Below are positions 17,954 through 26,846 of a stretch of DNA of 32,000 bases, piece after piece. A model generated the notes under the pieces. The model had not been told where the DNA came from. It saw only the letters and a program-made list of their open reading frames with translations, and did not search any database. The stretch covers positions 3,390,001-3,422,000 of the forward strand of contig NC_014033.1 in assembly GCF_000025925.1 (NCBI RefSeq). Direction: 5' to 3'. Made by a program: the position numbers and the translations under genes. This stretch comes from Xylanibacter ruminicola 23 (lineage in GTDB: Bacteria > Bacteroidota > Bacteroidia > Bacteroidales > Bacteroidaceae). The number at the start of each line of letters is the position of its first letter. Position 1 is the stretch's first letter.

Positions 17954-19459
17954 ATGGCATATACACGTATCACAGCTGCCGAGGCTGCAGCATTGATTAA
18001 GAATGGCGAGAACATCGCCATGAGTGGTTTTACACCCGCAGGTGTAGCCAAGGCAACAACAAAAGAGTTGGCTAAAATTGCTGTAGCTGAGCATGAGGCT
18101 GGTCGCGAGTTTAAGGTAGGTATCTTTACCGGTGCTTCTACTGGTCAGAGTACCGATGGCGACTTGGCAAATGCGCAGGCCATTAAGTATCGTGCCCCTT
18201 ATACCACTAATCCCGATTTCCGTAAGCATGTTAATTTGGGTGAGATTCCCTATAACGACCTGCACCTGAGTCATATGGCACAGGAGCTGCGTTACGGTTT
18301 CTATGGCGATGTGGATTGGGCTATCCTCGAGGTGTGCGACATCGAAGAGGTTGGCAACGACTATCACGTGTATCTCACTGCTGCAGGTGGTATCTCGCCC
18401 ACAGCAGCCCGTTTGGCTAAGAAGGTTATTCTCGAGCTCAACTCGTTCCACAATCCCAACGCCAAGTTTATTCACGACGTGTATGAGCCACTTGATCCTC
18501 CTTACCGCAAGGCTATCCCCATTGAGCACGTAGGCGACCGTATTGGTAAGCCCTATGTAAGCATTCCTAAGGACAAGGTGGTAGGAGTTGTAGAGTGCAA
18601 CATTCCCGACGAGGCCCGTGCCTTTAAGGATAGCGATCCTGTAACCGAAAAGATTGGTTTCCTGACTGCCGAGTTCCTGGTGGAGGAGATGCACAAAGGT
18701 CGTATCCCTCAGGAGTTCCTGCCATTGCAGAGTGGTGTAGGTTCAACAGCCAACGCTATTCTTGGTGCACTCGGTGAGGACAAGCACGTGCCTAACTTCA
18801 ATATCTATACCGAGGTGATTCAGAACTCGGTTATCGAGATGATGCTGAACGGACGTGTAAAAGATGCATCGGCTTGCTCGCTCACTGTATCTAACGATTG
18901 CCTGATGCAGGTTTACGACAATATGGACTACATGAAGCAGCACCTGACACTGCGTCAGAGCGAGATCAGTAACTCGCCTGAGCTTATCCGTAGATTAGGT
19001 GTGATTGCTATTAATACGGCTATCGAGGCCGACCTTTATGGTAACGTAAACTCTACCCACATCAGTGGTGTGAAGATGATGAACGGTATTGGTGGTAGCG
19101 GCGACTTTATCCGCAATGCCTACCTCTCTATCTTCACCTGTCCTTCGATTGCTAAGGGTGGTGTCATCAGTTCTATCGTGCCATTCGTTAGTCACCAGGA
19201 CTCTTCGGAGCACGATGTTAATATCATCGTAACCGAGCAGGGTGTGGCCGACTTGCGTGGTAAGAGCCCTGCCCAGCGTGCAGAGTGTATTATCGAGAAC
19301 TGCGCACATCCCGACTATAAGCAGCTGTTGTGGGATTACCTGAAGATTGCTAAGATGGGACAGACCCGTCATTGCCTCACTGCTGCATTTGCCATGCACG
19401 ACACACTGGCTCGTAAGGGCGACATGAAACTGACTGACTTTGCTGAATATGTGAAATAA
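17954..19459 (+). CDS. acetyl-CoA hydrolase/transferase family protein (succinyl-/propionyl-CoA:acid CoA-transferase type)
   Basis: MAYTRITAAEAAALIKNGENIAMSGFTPAG, ...LQSGVGSTANA... and EADLYGNVNSTHISGVKMMNGIGGSGDF are typical of the Cat1/ScpC/AarC family. The start was moved from 17825 because the -7 box lies inside the longer ORF, which also overlaps the previous gene. Confidence 0.88.
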   Translation: MAYTRITAAEAAALIKNGENIAMSGFTPAGVAKATTKELAKIAVAEHEAGREFKVGIFTGASTGQSTDGDLANAQAIKYRAPYTTNPDFRKHVNLGEIPYNDLHLSHMAQELRYGFYGDVDWAILEVCDIEEVGNDYHVYLTAAGGISPTAARLAKKVILELNSFHNPNAKFIHDVYEPLDPPYRKAIPIEHVGDRIGKPYVSIPKDKVVGVVECNIPDEARAFKDSDPVTEKIGFLTAEFLVEEMHKGRIPQEFLPLQSGVGSTANAILGALGEDKHVPNFNIYTEVIQNSVIEMMLNGRVKDASACSLTVSNDCLMQVYDNMDYMKQHLTLRQSEISNSPELIRRLGVIAINTAIEADLYGNVNSTHISGVKMMNGIGGSGDFIRNAYLSIFTCPSIAKGGVISSIVPFVSHQDSSEHDVNIIVTEQGVADLRGKSPAQRAECIIENCAHPDYKQLLWDYLKIAKMGQTRHCLTAAFAMHDTLARKGDMKLTDFAEYVK

Positions 19460-19483
19460 AAACAATGGACTAATTATTAATAT

Positions 19484-21577
19484 ATGAGAGATTTTAAAAA
19501 ATGGCAATTTAGAATTACCTTAATCCTTACTGCTGCAATCCTGATGTCGTGTGGCGGCAATTCGCGCTCATGGAAGGGAAACAGTAAGTCGGCTAAGGAT
19601 TCGCTGAAGGTAAGTGCCATAGACAGTATGATTGTAGCTGTTGAGGAAGCAAAGGATTATGAACGTAAGTTTGCTTTGGCCGACAGTTTGGAAAAGACAG
19701 GCGACATCAGTCCTGTAAAGGCAAATTATTGGCGTGGTACTGCTTTGCGCAGCATGAAGAAAAAAGCAGCCTCTGAGGCATACTTCAAGAAAGCCTTGGA
19801 AGTAGAGGAGTTACAGGAAAAGGATGTGCTCTATTATAGCCGTTCGGCTCGCATATTGTCGCAGATGCTTTCGGTTAAGAACGATTACGAAGCAACCCTG
19901 CGTGTGGCAACACCTGCCGTACAGAAACTGGCAGGACTTCCCAAGGCACAGTCGGGCGATTTGGCTGTCCTCTATTATGTAATCGGTTCGGCCCAGATGT
20001 ATCTTGGTCACGTCGAGGATGCTTCTGAGAGTTACGAGAAATCCTTCGAGCAGTATATGAAATCTATCTCGAAGAAAGATACCAACGGTTCACGTATCCG
20101 TTCGGCCATTACCGGTATTAACAATATTACCGTGGCCTGTCTGAACACCCAGCACTATAAGGAGGGTAAGAAGTGGAACGACCGTACCGACTCTCTGCTG
20201 TATGTGTATCGCTTGCGTCCGGATGCCGACTCTGAGGTTTGCGACCACTATCGCGCTCGTATCCGTTTGTTCAACGCTTTGACTGCCTATGAGTTCGGTC
20301 ATCGTGCCGAGGCAGATGCCAGCTTTGCTGCCTTCCAGAAAACTGATTATGCAGCTACCGAGCAGGGAAAGTTGGATGCTAACGACTATCTGATGAAGGC
20401 TCATCGTTTCGAGGAGGCTGCTAAGAACTTCCGTACGCTCGATCACTGGGTTGATGTCCGTGGCATGAAGATGAATCTTGATAATATCTCGATGTATCTC
20501 ATTCCTAAGTATCGTGCCAATATCGGTGCTGGCCGTAAGGATTCGGCTATTTACGTAGCCAATCAGATTGTAAACGCATACGATTCGGCCCTTGTATGGT
20601 CAAAGCGTGATGATACAGCCGAGATGGCAACCATCTACGAAACCCATCAGAAGGAAGAAGAACTGGCTCGCAGTCAGTGGGAGCTTGAGAAGCGTGGACA
20701 TGATATTGCCCGTCAGCGTATGATCAGCTTCGGTATTGGAATCCTGCTGCTCACAGGCTTCCTGGGCTTCTATACACTTAACAAGCGTAAGGCCTTTAAG
20801 CTGTTGCAGGATGCCTACGATCAGCTTGAGGAGGCTACTTCGGCCCGTGAGCGTATCGAGAGTGAGTTGCGTATTGCGCGCGATATCCAGATGTCGATGA
20901 TTCCGGCCTCTAACCTTGAGAGCGAGGGCTTGGATCTGTTTGCATCGATGACGCCTGCCAAGGAGGTTGGTGGTGACCTTTACGACTACTTCCTTGAGAA
21001 GGATCACCTTTACATTGCTATCGGCGACGTATCTGGTAAGGGTGTGCCTGCCTCACTGTTCATGGCTCAGGTTATCCGCCTGTTCCGTGCCATGGCTAAG
21101 CAGCACTACACGCCTGCTGATATTTGTACCCGCATCAACAACGAGTTGACCGAGAATAACGAGAACGGTATGTTCATCACCATGTTCATTGGTTTGATCG
21201 ACCTGAATAGCGGTCGTCTCGACTTCTGTAACGCAGGTCATAATCCTCCCGTACTGGGCGGCGATGCTGATGGTGGTAACTTCCTGAAGATGGTTCCAAA
21301 TGCACCTATCGGTTTGTGGCAGGGCCTCGAGTTCGAGGGTGAGTATATCGATAGCATCAAGGGTAAGCCTCTCTTCATCTATACCGATGGTTTGAACGAG
21401 GCCGAGAACCCCGATCTGGTTCGCTTTGGCGATGATCACATGCTGGATGTTCTCCGTCATACCGAGTTTGCTAACGCCATGCAGGTGGTTGAGAGCTTGA
21501 AGCGTCAGGTAGAGGAGCACCGTCAGGGTGCCGATCCTAACGACGACCTCACTATGATGTGCCTGAAGGTTGGATAA
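19484..21577 (+). CDS. membrane-anchored PP2C/SpoIIE-family serine phosphatase with N-terminal periplasmic helical (TPR-like) domain
   Basis: Lipoprotein-like signal LILTAAILMSCGG. TM segment ISFGIGILLLTGFLGFYTL at about aa 415-435. PP2C/SpoIIE motifs GGDLYDYF, IGDVSGKGVPASLFMA, FCNAGHNPP, YTDGLNEA and DDLTMMCLKV. Confidence 0.85.
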   Translation: MRDFKKWQFRITLILTAAILMSCGGNSRSWKGNSKSAKDSLKVSAIDSMIVAVEEAKDYERKFALADSLEKTGDISPVKANYWRGTALRSMKKKAASEAYFKKALEVEELQEKDVLYYSRSARILSQMLSVKNDYEATLRVATPAVQKLAGLPKAQSGDLAVLYYVIGSAQMYLGHVEDASESYEKSFEQYMKSISKKDTNGSRIRSAITGINNITVACLNTQHYKEGKKWNDRTDSLLYVYRLRPDADSEVCDHYRARIRLFNALTAYEFGHRAEADASFAAFQKTDYAATEQGKLDANDYLMKAHRFEEAAKNFRTLDHWVDVRGMKMNLDNISMYLIPKYRANIGAGRKDSAIYVANQIVNAYDSALVWSKRDDTAEMATIYETHQKEEELARSQWELEKRGHDIARQRMISFGIGILLLTGFLGFYTLNKRKAFKLLQDAYDQLEEATSARERIESELRIARDIQMSMIPASNLESEGLDLFASMTPAKEVGGDLYDYFLEKDHLYIAIGDVSGKGVPASLFMAQVIRLFRAMAKQHYTPADICTRINNELTENNENGMFITMFIGLIDLNSGRLDFCNAGHNPPVLGGDADGGNFLKMVPNAPIGLWQGLEFEGEYIDSIKGKPLFIYTDGLNEAENPDLVRFGDDHMLDVLRHTEFANAMQVVESLKRQVEEHRQGADPNDDLTMMCLKVG

Positions 21578-21604
21578 TCCGTAAAATTATATACCGATAT
21601 CATC

Positions 21605-21636
21605 AAAAGTACCGCAACGCGTTGCGGTACTTTTTT
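21605..21636. terminator. bidirectional rho-independent terminator (22-nt perfect palindrome flanked by A4 and T6)
   Basis: aaaa-gtaccgcaacgcgttgcggtac-tttttt. The core GCAACGCGTTGC lies at 21614-21625. Confidence 0.8.
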
Positions 21637-21780
21637 GCGTATATGCGCTTGCATTTTTAGCAAAAAATGTTCATATTTGCAATACCAAAACAACACAAAT
21701 ATTCATATAATAGGTCATTTGATGGTATCACAATAGGGTTGTCTTGTTGCACATATCATTAAATTTAATTAGTTAGATAA

Positions 21781-21808
21781 GGTCACCGGCTTGTGAAAGT
21801 CGGTGACC
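21781..21808. other. stable 10-bp stem-loop in the LacI upstream region
   Basis: ggtcaccggc (21781-21790) pairs with gtcggtgacc (21799-21808), with one G-U pair and an 8-nt loop. No U-tract follows. Confidence 0.5.
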
Positions 21809-21824
21809 CATCTAACTGGGGAAA

Positions 21825-21836
21825 GCAACGCGTTGC
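21825..21836. promoter_or_regulatory. second copy of the GCAACGCGTTGC palindrome (candidate LacI/PurR-type operator), followed by T8
   Basis: The 13-mer gcaacgcgttgcg is identical to 21614-21626. It lies 46 nt upstream of the lacI -7 box. Confidence 0.3.
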
Positions 21837-21882
21837 GCAATTTTTTTTGATGTGTTGTGCCTATTATTTACGCAAAAATATG

Positions 21883-21890
21883 TATTTTTG
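21883..21890 (+). promoter_or_regulatory. -7 promoter box (TAttTTTG) for the LacI-family gene
   Basis: tatttttg lies 28 nt upstream of ATG 21919. Confidence 0.5.
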
Positions 21891-21918
21891 TGCTGACTAA
21901 CATTATACAACGACTTAG

Positions 21919-22917
21919 ATGAAAAGAATTTCGCAGCGAGAAATCGCTAACTTATTGGGTGTCAACGTCTCTACCGTATCTCGTGCTTTGCGAGGTCTCG
22001 AAGGCGTTAGTCAGGAATTACGTCAGAAAATTCTTAGTCTTGCCAAGGAGCAGGGCTACCGTCCCAACCCGTTTGCTGTAAGCTTACGTTACGATACCAC
22101 CCGTACCATTGGTATTGTGGTGCCCGATGTATCGTTTAACCATTATGCCCAAATCGTGAAGCGTATCGAGGCCGAGGCCCGCAAAGTGGGCTACATGTGC
22201 ATCATCACCGACTCCGACGACAAGTACGAGAACGAAAAGAATTGTATCGACTTGCTGGTGAATATGCATGTCGAGGGTATTATCATTTGCCTGGCTCAGG
22301 AAACCACCGACTTCTCGCATATTCAGCATCTCCGTAGGATTCACATGCCTGTGGTGCTGTTTGATAGAGATGCTGATATCGATATCTCGTCGGTAGTTAT
22401 CAACGATGTTGAATCAGCTCGTGAAGTTACTTGCAGGTTGATTGACGGTGGTGCCAAGCGTATTGCTTTCCTGGGTGGTCCTAACCGCCTGAAGCAGACG
22501 GCCGATCGCAAGCATGGCTATCTTGAGGCTCTGCGCGAACGTGGAATACCTATCCGCAAGGAGTTGGTAAAGTGTGATTTTCTAAGCTTCAGTTCTGGTT
22601 TCTCGAATACTACCGAGTTGCTTGATATGCACGACCGTCCTGATGCCATTGTTGCCAGTCATGGTTTGCTGACCCTTTCGTCAATGAAGGCCATCGAGGC
22701 TCGTGGGATGAATGTTCCCAATGATATCTCAGTTGTGGGTTATATGAGCGATTGGATTTCGGAGGTATTAACCCCTCGTGTATCGTTTGTTAAGCAGAAT
22801 CAAAAAGAGATAGCCGTAAAGGCCTTTAAACTGCTGCACGACCAGATGGATGGCGACACCTGTGTGCAGCATGTCATCGTAAAAGCCCGACTGGAGTTGC
22901 GCGACAGTACCCGATGA
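21919..22917 (+). CDS. LacI-family transcriptional regulator
   Basis: N-terminal HTH ISQREIANLLGVNVSTVSRALRG, then a periplasmic-binding-protein-like sugar-binding core (IGIVVPD..., ...RIAFLGGP...). The length is 332 aa. Confidence 0.9.
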   Translation: MKRISQREIANLLGVNVSTVSRALRGLEGVSQELRQKILSLAKEQGYRPNPFAVSLRYDTTRTIGIVVPDVSFNHYAQIVKRIEAEARKVGYMCIITDSDDKYENEKNCIDLLVNMHVEGIIICLAQETTDFSHIQHLRRIHMPVVLFDRDADIDISSVVINDVESAREVTCRLIDGGAKRIAFLGGPNRLKQTADRKHGYLEALRERGIPIRKELVKCDFLSFSSGFSNTTELLDMHDRPDAIVASHGLLTLSSMKAIEARGMNVPNDISVVGYMSDWISEVLTPRVSFVKQNQKEIAVKAFKLLHDQMDGDTCVQHVIVKARLELRDSTR

Positions 22918-22944
22918 CAACCAACATAAAATTTAATTAGTAAT

Positions 22945-25848
22945 ATGTACAATTTAATTAGGTCTTTTTTAGTTTTAACTTTATTATTTGTAACCTTTAC
23001 AGCTGCGGCGCAGCCCGACCCCGAGGACAGAAAGCTTACTATCCGCGGACAGGTGCGCGATGCCGAGCTGAAGGAACCGATGGTACAGGCTACCATCCAG
23101 TTGTTTGCCGCCTCCGACAGCACTTTTGTAGGCGGCACCGTTAGTAACGAGCGCGGTAATTTTTATCTTACCGCCCCATCCAGTGGCACCTATCGCATTA
23201 AAATCTCGTCGGTAGGCTACCAGACCATCGAACGCGAGATAACGCTGCGTCGTAACGCTAATCAGGATTTGGGCAACCTGCTCATGGAGACCGAGAGTAT
23301 CATGCTGCAGGAGGCTGTTATCACCGGTCGTGCCGCACAAGTCATCGTTAAAAAGGATACCATCCTGTATAACCCTGAGGCCTACCGTACTCCCGAGGGC
23401 TCGCCTATCGAGGAGCTTATCAAGCGTATTCCTGGTGCCGAGGTAGATGAGGATGGCAACATCACCATCAACGGTAAGCAGGTTAAGAAGATTCTGCTGG
23501 ATGGTAAGGAGTTTATGCTGGGCGATGTCGAGACGGCACTCAAGAATATCCCCGTGAGCATCATCCAGAACATGAAGTTCTACGATCAGCAGAGCGATGA
23601 GTCGCGTATCACTGGTATCGAGGATGGCGAGAAGGAAACCGTGCTCGACTTCTCTATTAAGAAAGGTATGAACCGCGGCTACATGACCAACCTCGACTTG
23701 GGTGGCGGCACCAAGCATCGCTATGCCTCGCGTGGTATGGGGAGCAGCTTTACCGATAAAACACGCTTTGTGCTGTTGGGTAACTTTAATAATAAGGAGG
23801 AGAATGCCGGCTGGTGGAACCGTCGTGGCTTGAACTCGCGCAAGATGTTAGGCACCAACTTCAACTTTGATGATAACGATAAGCTCAAGATTGATGCCAG
23901 CGTGCGTTGGAACCACCGTGGTGGCGACAACCAGACCGAGAATGCCAAGGAGGATTTTTACAGCGAAGGCAGCACCTTCTCTAACACCCTTACGGCCAAC
24001 TATACCCGTAGCGATAACTGGTGGGGTAACCTGCGCTTTGAGTGGAAGCCCGACAGTCTTACTAACATCCTGGTACGTGCCAACGGTAGCTATGGCACCA
24101 GCGATGGCACTACCCAGTCGATGGCTGCCACCTACGATGCCGACCCTTATCTGTATGCCACCGACCCGCTCAACCAGCTCTCGGTGCTCAAGCCCTATGC
24201 CATTAACCAGAACTTGAATGCCAACCTGACGTATGGCGAGAACAAGAATGCCTGGGCCATGCTGCAGCTGTATCGCCGCTTGAATCCTCGCGGTCGTAAC
24301 ATCATTCTGCGTGTTGAGGGTAGTGCCGGCAACAGCGAGAACCAGAGCGTATCCGATAACGAGGTGCTGCTGTTCCGCAAGCAGGATCTGTATGGTAACG
24401 ATTCTACCTACTATACTGCCCGTTACAGCACCACGCCTGCCGATAACTGGGGCTATGTGCTGCGTACATCCTACAGCGAGCCCCTGTGGAAAGGTGCCCA
24501 CCTGCAGCTCAGCTACGAGTTGCGCTATAACCAGAATAAGAGCGACCGTCTGACTTACGACTTCAGTCACATGTCTACGAACATCTTCGAGGGCATCACC
24601 CCCGAGTACCGCACCTGGGATCCCTGGCTGCACAGTGTGTACGATAAACTCGACGATTACCTGGAGCGCGACCTGAGCCGCTATTCCGAGTATAAGAACT
24701 ATACCCACAACGTGCGCCTGAACCTGCGCCACCGTGTCGAGAAGTACGATTACAACATCGGTTTCCTGGTTCAGCCCCAGCACTCTAACTTTATCCAGAA
24801 CTACCGTGGTGTGTATGTAGATACCGTGCGTAATGTAACCAACCTTACGCCAACATTCGATTTCCACTATAAGTTCAGCGATCAGAGCAACCTGTGGCTG
24901 CACTACCGTGGCGATACCCGTCAGCCTGAGATGACCCAGCTGCTCGATATCACCGACGACTCTAATCCGCTTTACGTCACCATGGGTAACCCTGGTCTGA
25001 AGCCTCAGTTCACCAGTTCGCTCAATGGTTATTACAACAACTATATTGTGCGTTACAAGCGTAGTATCGTGGTTTATGCCAACTACCGCCACATCCGCAA
25101 CTCCATCTCAAACCTGGTGCGTTACAACCCCGAAACAGGTGGTAGCATCACCCGTCCCGAGAATATCAACGGCAACTGGAACGTTAATGCCGGCTTTACC
25201 TTTAATACGGCGCTCGACAGTACTGCCCATTGGAATGTAGGTACCGATACCCGTGTGCGCTATAACAATCTGGTAAGCTATGTGGCACAGGATAAGGCCG
25301 ATGCCGCCAAGAACACCACCCGTACCACTAACCTGAACGAGCGCATCACCATGGGCTACCGTAACGATTGGGTCGAGGTGTCGCTCGATGGCCAGCTCAA
25401 CTACCAGCACACCCGCAACGAGCTGCAGCCCACAGCCAACCTCGATACCTGGCAGTTTAACTACGGTGGACAGTTCCTGGTGCGCCTGCCGCTCGACTTC
25501 GAGTTGAGCATGAACCTGCACGAGCGCAGTCGTCGTGGCTATAACGATGCCTCGATGAACACCAACGAGCTGATATGGAATGGTCAGGTATCCAAGCCGT
25601 TCCTCAAGAATAAGTCGCTCATCGTGGCCCTTAACTTCTACGATCTGTTGGGGCAGCAGAGCAACTACGAGCGATGGGTAAACGCCACTGGTCGTAGCGA
25701 TACCCGCTTCAACAGCGTTAACTCTTACGCCATGCTGCATGTGCGTTACCGCCTGAATATGTTCGGTGGCAAGATCGACACCGAGGGCCGTTACGACAAG
25801 AAGTGGGGCGGCCGCGACAACCGTGGTCGTGGTGGATGGCGCCGATAA
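22945..25848 (+). CDS. TonB-dependent-receptor-like outer membrane beta-barrel protein (CarboxypepD_reg + plug + barrel; not SusC/SusD type)
   Basis: Signal peptide. The segment LTIRGQVRDAELKEPMVQATIQLF...GNFYL...YRIKISSVGY resembles a carboxypeptidase-regulatory domain. Plug-like segment IKRIPGAEVDEDGNITINGKQVKKILLDGKEF. A long alternating beta-strand region ends at YAMLHVRYRLNMF and is followed by an Arg/Gly-rich tail. Confidence 0.8.
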   Translation: MYNLIRSFLVLTLLFVTFTAAAQPDPEDRKLTIRGQVRDAELKEPMVQATIQLFAASDSTFVGGTVSNERGNFYLTAPSSGTYRIKISSVGYQTIEREITLRRNANQDLGNLLMETESIMLQEAVITGRAAQVIVKKDTILYNPEAYRTPEGSPIEELIKRIPGAEVDEDGNITINGKQVKKILLDGKEFMLGDVETALKNIPVSIIQNMKFYDQQSDESRITGIEDGEKETVLDFSIKKGMNRGYMTNLDLGGGTKHRYASRGMGSSFTDKTRFVLLGNFNNKEENAGWWNRRGLNSRKMLGTNFNFDDNDKLKIDASVRWNHRGGDNQTENAKEDFYSEGSTFSNTLTANYTRSDNWWGNLRFEWKPDSLTNILVRANGSYGTSDGTTQSMAATYDADPYLYATDPLNQLSVLKPYAINQNLNANLTYGENKNAWAMLQLYRRLNPRGRNIILRVEGSAGNSENQSVSDNEVLLFRKQDLYGNDSTYYTARYSTTPADNWGYVLRTSYSEPLWKGAHLQLSYELRYNQNKSDRLTYDFSHMSTNIFEGITPEYRTWDPWLHSVYDKLDDYLERDLSRYSEYKNYTHNVRLNLRHRVEKYDYNIGFLVQPQHSNFIQNYRGVYVDTVRNVTNLTPTFDFHYKFSDQSNLWLHYRGDTRQPEMTQLLDITDDSNPLYVTMGNPGLKPQFTSSLNGYYNNYIVRYKRSIVVYANYRHIRNSISNLVRYNPETGGSITRPENINGNWNVNAGFTFNTALDSTAHWNVGTDTRVRYNNLVSYVAQDKADAAKNTTRTTNLNERITMGYRNDWVEVSLDGQLNYQHTRNELQPTANLDTWQFNYGGQFLVRLPLDFELSMNLHERSRRGYNDASMNTNELIWNGQVSKPFLKNKSLIVALNFYDLLGQQSNYERWVNATGRSDTRFNSVNSYAMLHVRYRLNMFGGKIDTEGRYDKKWGGRDNRGRGGWRR

Positions 25849-25860
25849 ACACTAAAAAGA

Positions 25861-25894
25861 ACTGCAATTTTTTTCCAAATTGCAGTTTTTTTTA
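25861..25894 (+). terminator. strong rho-independent terminator after the OMP gene
   Basis: actgcaattt (25861-25870) pairs with aaattgcagt (25877-25886) as a perfect 10-bp stem with a 6-nt loop. A run of 7 T follows (25887-25893). Confidence 0.85.
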
Positions 25895-25948
25895 TCAATG
25901 TGCGAATAAATTTTGGATAATTCAGTGTTTTTTGTTTCCTTTGCACCC

Positions 25949-26839
25949 ATGAATACGATACTCACGATAACAGGTAGCGACGGTACAGGTGGTTCTGGTG
26001 TTCAGGCCGACATCCAGCTCATCAGTGCGTTAGGCGGTGCTGCAGCATCGGCTATCACGTCGATTACCGTGCAGAACACCCTGGGTATCCAGGAGTTCCA
26101 CGATCTGCCTGCCTCAGTGGTTCGTCAACAGGTCGAGGCTATCATCAACGACCTCCAGCCGCAAGTCATCAAGATTGGTCTGGTGCGCCGTATCGATGTG
26201 GTCGAGATGCTGGCCGATGTGCTCAAGCGCTATCAGCCCAAGCACATTATCTATGCCCCCGTGCTCACATCTACCAAGGGCGAACAACTGGTTCTGCCCC
26301 GTGTTTACGAGGCCATCCAGCGCCTGCTCATACCGCTGTGTACCGTGGTTCTGGCGCCATCCGATCTGCCTGGCGGTCCCCGTCGCCATGGTCTTGCCAA
26401 CCAGTTGGGATCGGCATTGGCCTATTATCTCAGTCTCGACGAGAAGGTGAGCGATGCTCTGCTGCATGCGCAAACCTATCTCAAGCAGCTGCCTGCCGTT
26501 TATGCCGATGGTAACACCCGTAGCGAGGAGCTTTACAATCAGTTCCTGGATGCTGTTGAGCATTACTACAACCGCTATGCCGATGTGGCTTTCTATGCCG
26601 AACAGCTCAATGTTAGTGCGCGCTATCTGGCACAGGTAACCCGTCAGATTGCCGGTCGTTCGCCCAAGGCCATCATCGACGAGCGTATCACTGCCGAGAT
26701 TGTCAAGCTTATCACCACAACCAACAAGCCACTCAAGGACGTAGCCCTGTGTCTGGGCTTCTCGTCGCAGGCCCACCTGTCGCGTTTCTTCAAAAAGCGC
26801 AAAGGTGTTTCGCCCACCGAATTTCAACATAAACAATAA
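25949..26839 (+). CDS. fusion protein: degenerate ThiD/PdxK-like (HMP-P/pyridoxal kinase fold) N-domain + AraC/XylS-type HTH C-domain
   Basis: N-terminus [30 protein letters not shown]...KIGLV...[12 protein letters not shown]...[16 protein letters not shown] is ThiD-like. The HGTGC motif is replaced by HGLAN and the ATP-lid segment is missing. The C-terminus [18 protein letters not shown]...[25 protein letters not shown] is an AraC HTH. ATG 25949 is preferred over the ORF-track start 25913. Confidence 0.8.
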   Translation: MNTILTITGSDGTGGSGVQADIQLISALGGAAASAITSITVQNTLGIQEFHDLPASVVRQQVEAIINDLQPQVIKIGLVRRIDVVEMLADVLKRYQPKHIIYAPVLTSTKGEQLVLPRVYEAIQRLLIPLCTVVLAPSDLPGGPRRHGLANQLGSALAYYLSLDEKVSDALLHAQTYLKQLPAVYADGNTRSEELYNQFLDAVEHYYNRYADVAFYAEQLNVSARYLAQVTRQIAGRSPKAIIDERITAEIVKLITTTNKPLKDVALCLGFSSQAHLSRFFKKRKGVSPTEFQHKQ

Positions 26840-26846
26840 ATACAAA

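Noticed and set aside
21667-21762. A 31-codon ORF (MFIFAIPKQHKYSYNRSFDGITIGLSCCTYH) in the LacI upstream spacer.
   Set aside because: There is no promoter box at the appropriate distance and no recognisable peptide family. AT-rich spacers readily yield such ORFs by chance. It is kept only as a remote possibility within the small-RNA/leader finding.
23848-25092. A 414-aa ORF on the minus strand. Similar long antisense ORFs lie at 22984-23718, 25108-25740, 9481-10251, 17942-18694, 26114-26845, 26880-27521, 28781-29563, 30059-30721 and 30937-31743.
   Set aside because: Each lies entirely inside a strongly recognisable CDS on the opposite strand. The translations are low-complexity (V/G/H/L/T-rich) with no recognisable motif, signal peptide or promoter box. 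They look like typical shadow ORFs arising from codon bias in the sense genes.
25768-25848. The Arg/Gly-rich 27-aa tail after the last beta-strand of the 967-aa OMP, considered as a possible separate peptide or frameshift product.
   Set aside because: It is in the same frame with no stop or shift signal. From memory, basic C-terminal tails are common in this non-SusC beta-barrel family. It is mentioned only within the LacI/OMP finding.
25895-25948. A promoter for the ThiD-AraC/pdxST unit (gtttcctttg at 25934-25943).
   Set aside because: The candidate reads TTccTTTG and lacks the conserved A at position 2 of TAnnTTTG. The evidence is too weak to list as a feature, although a promoter must exist in this 54-nt interval.
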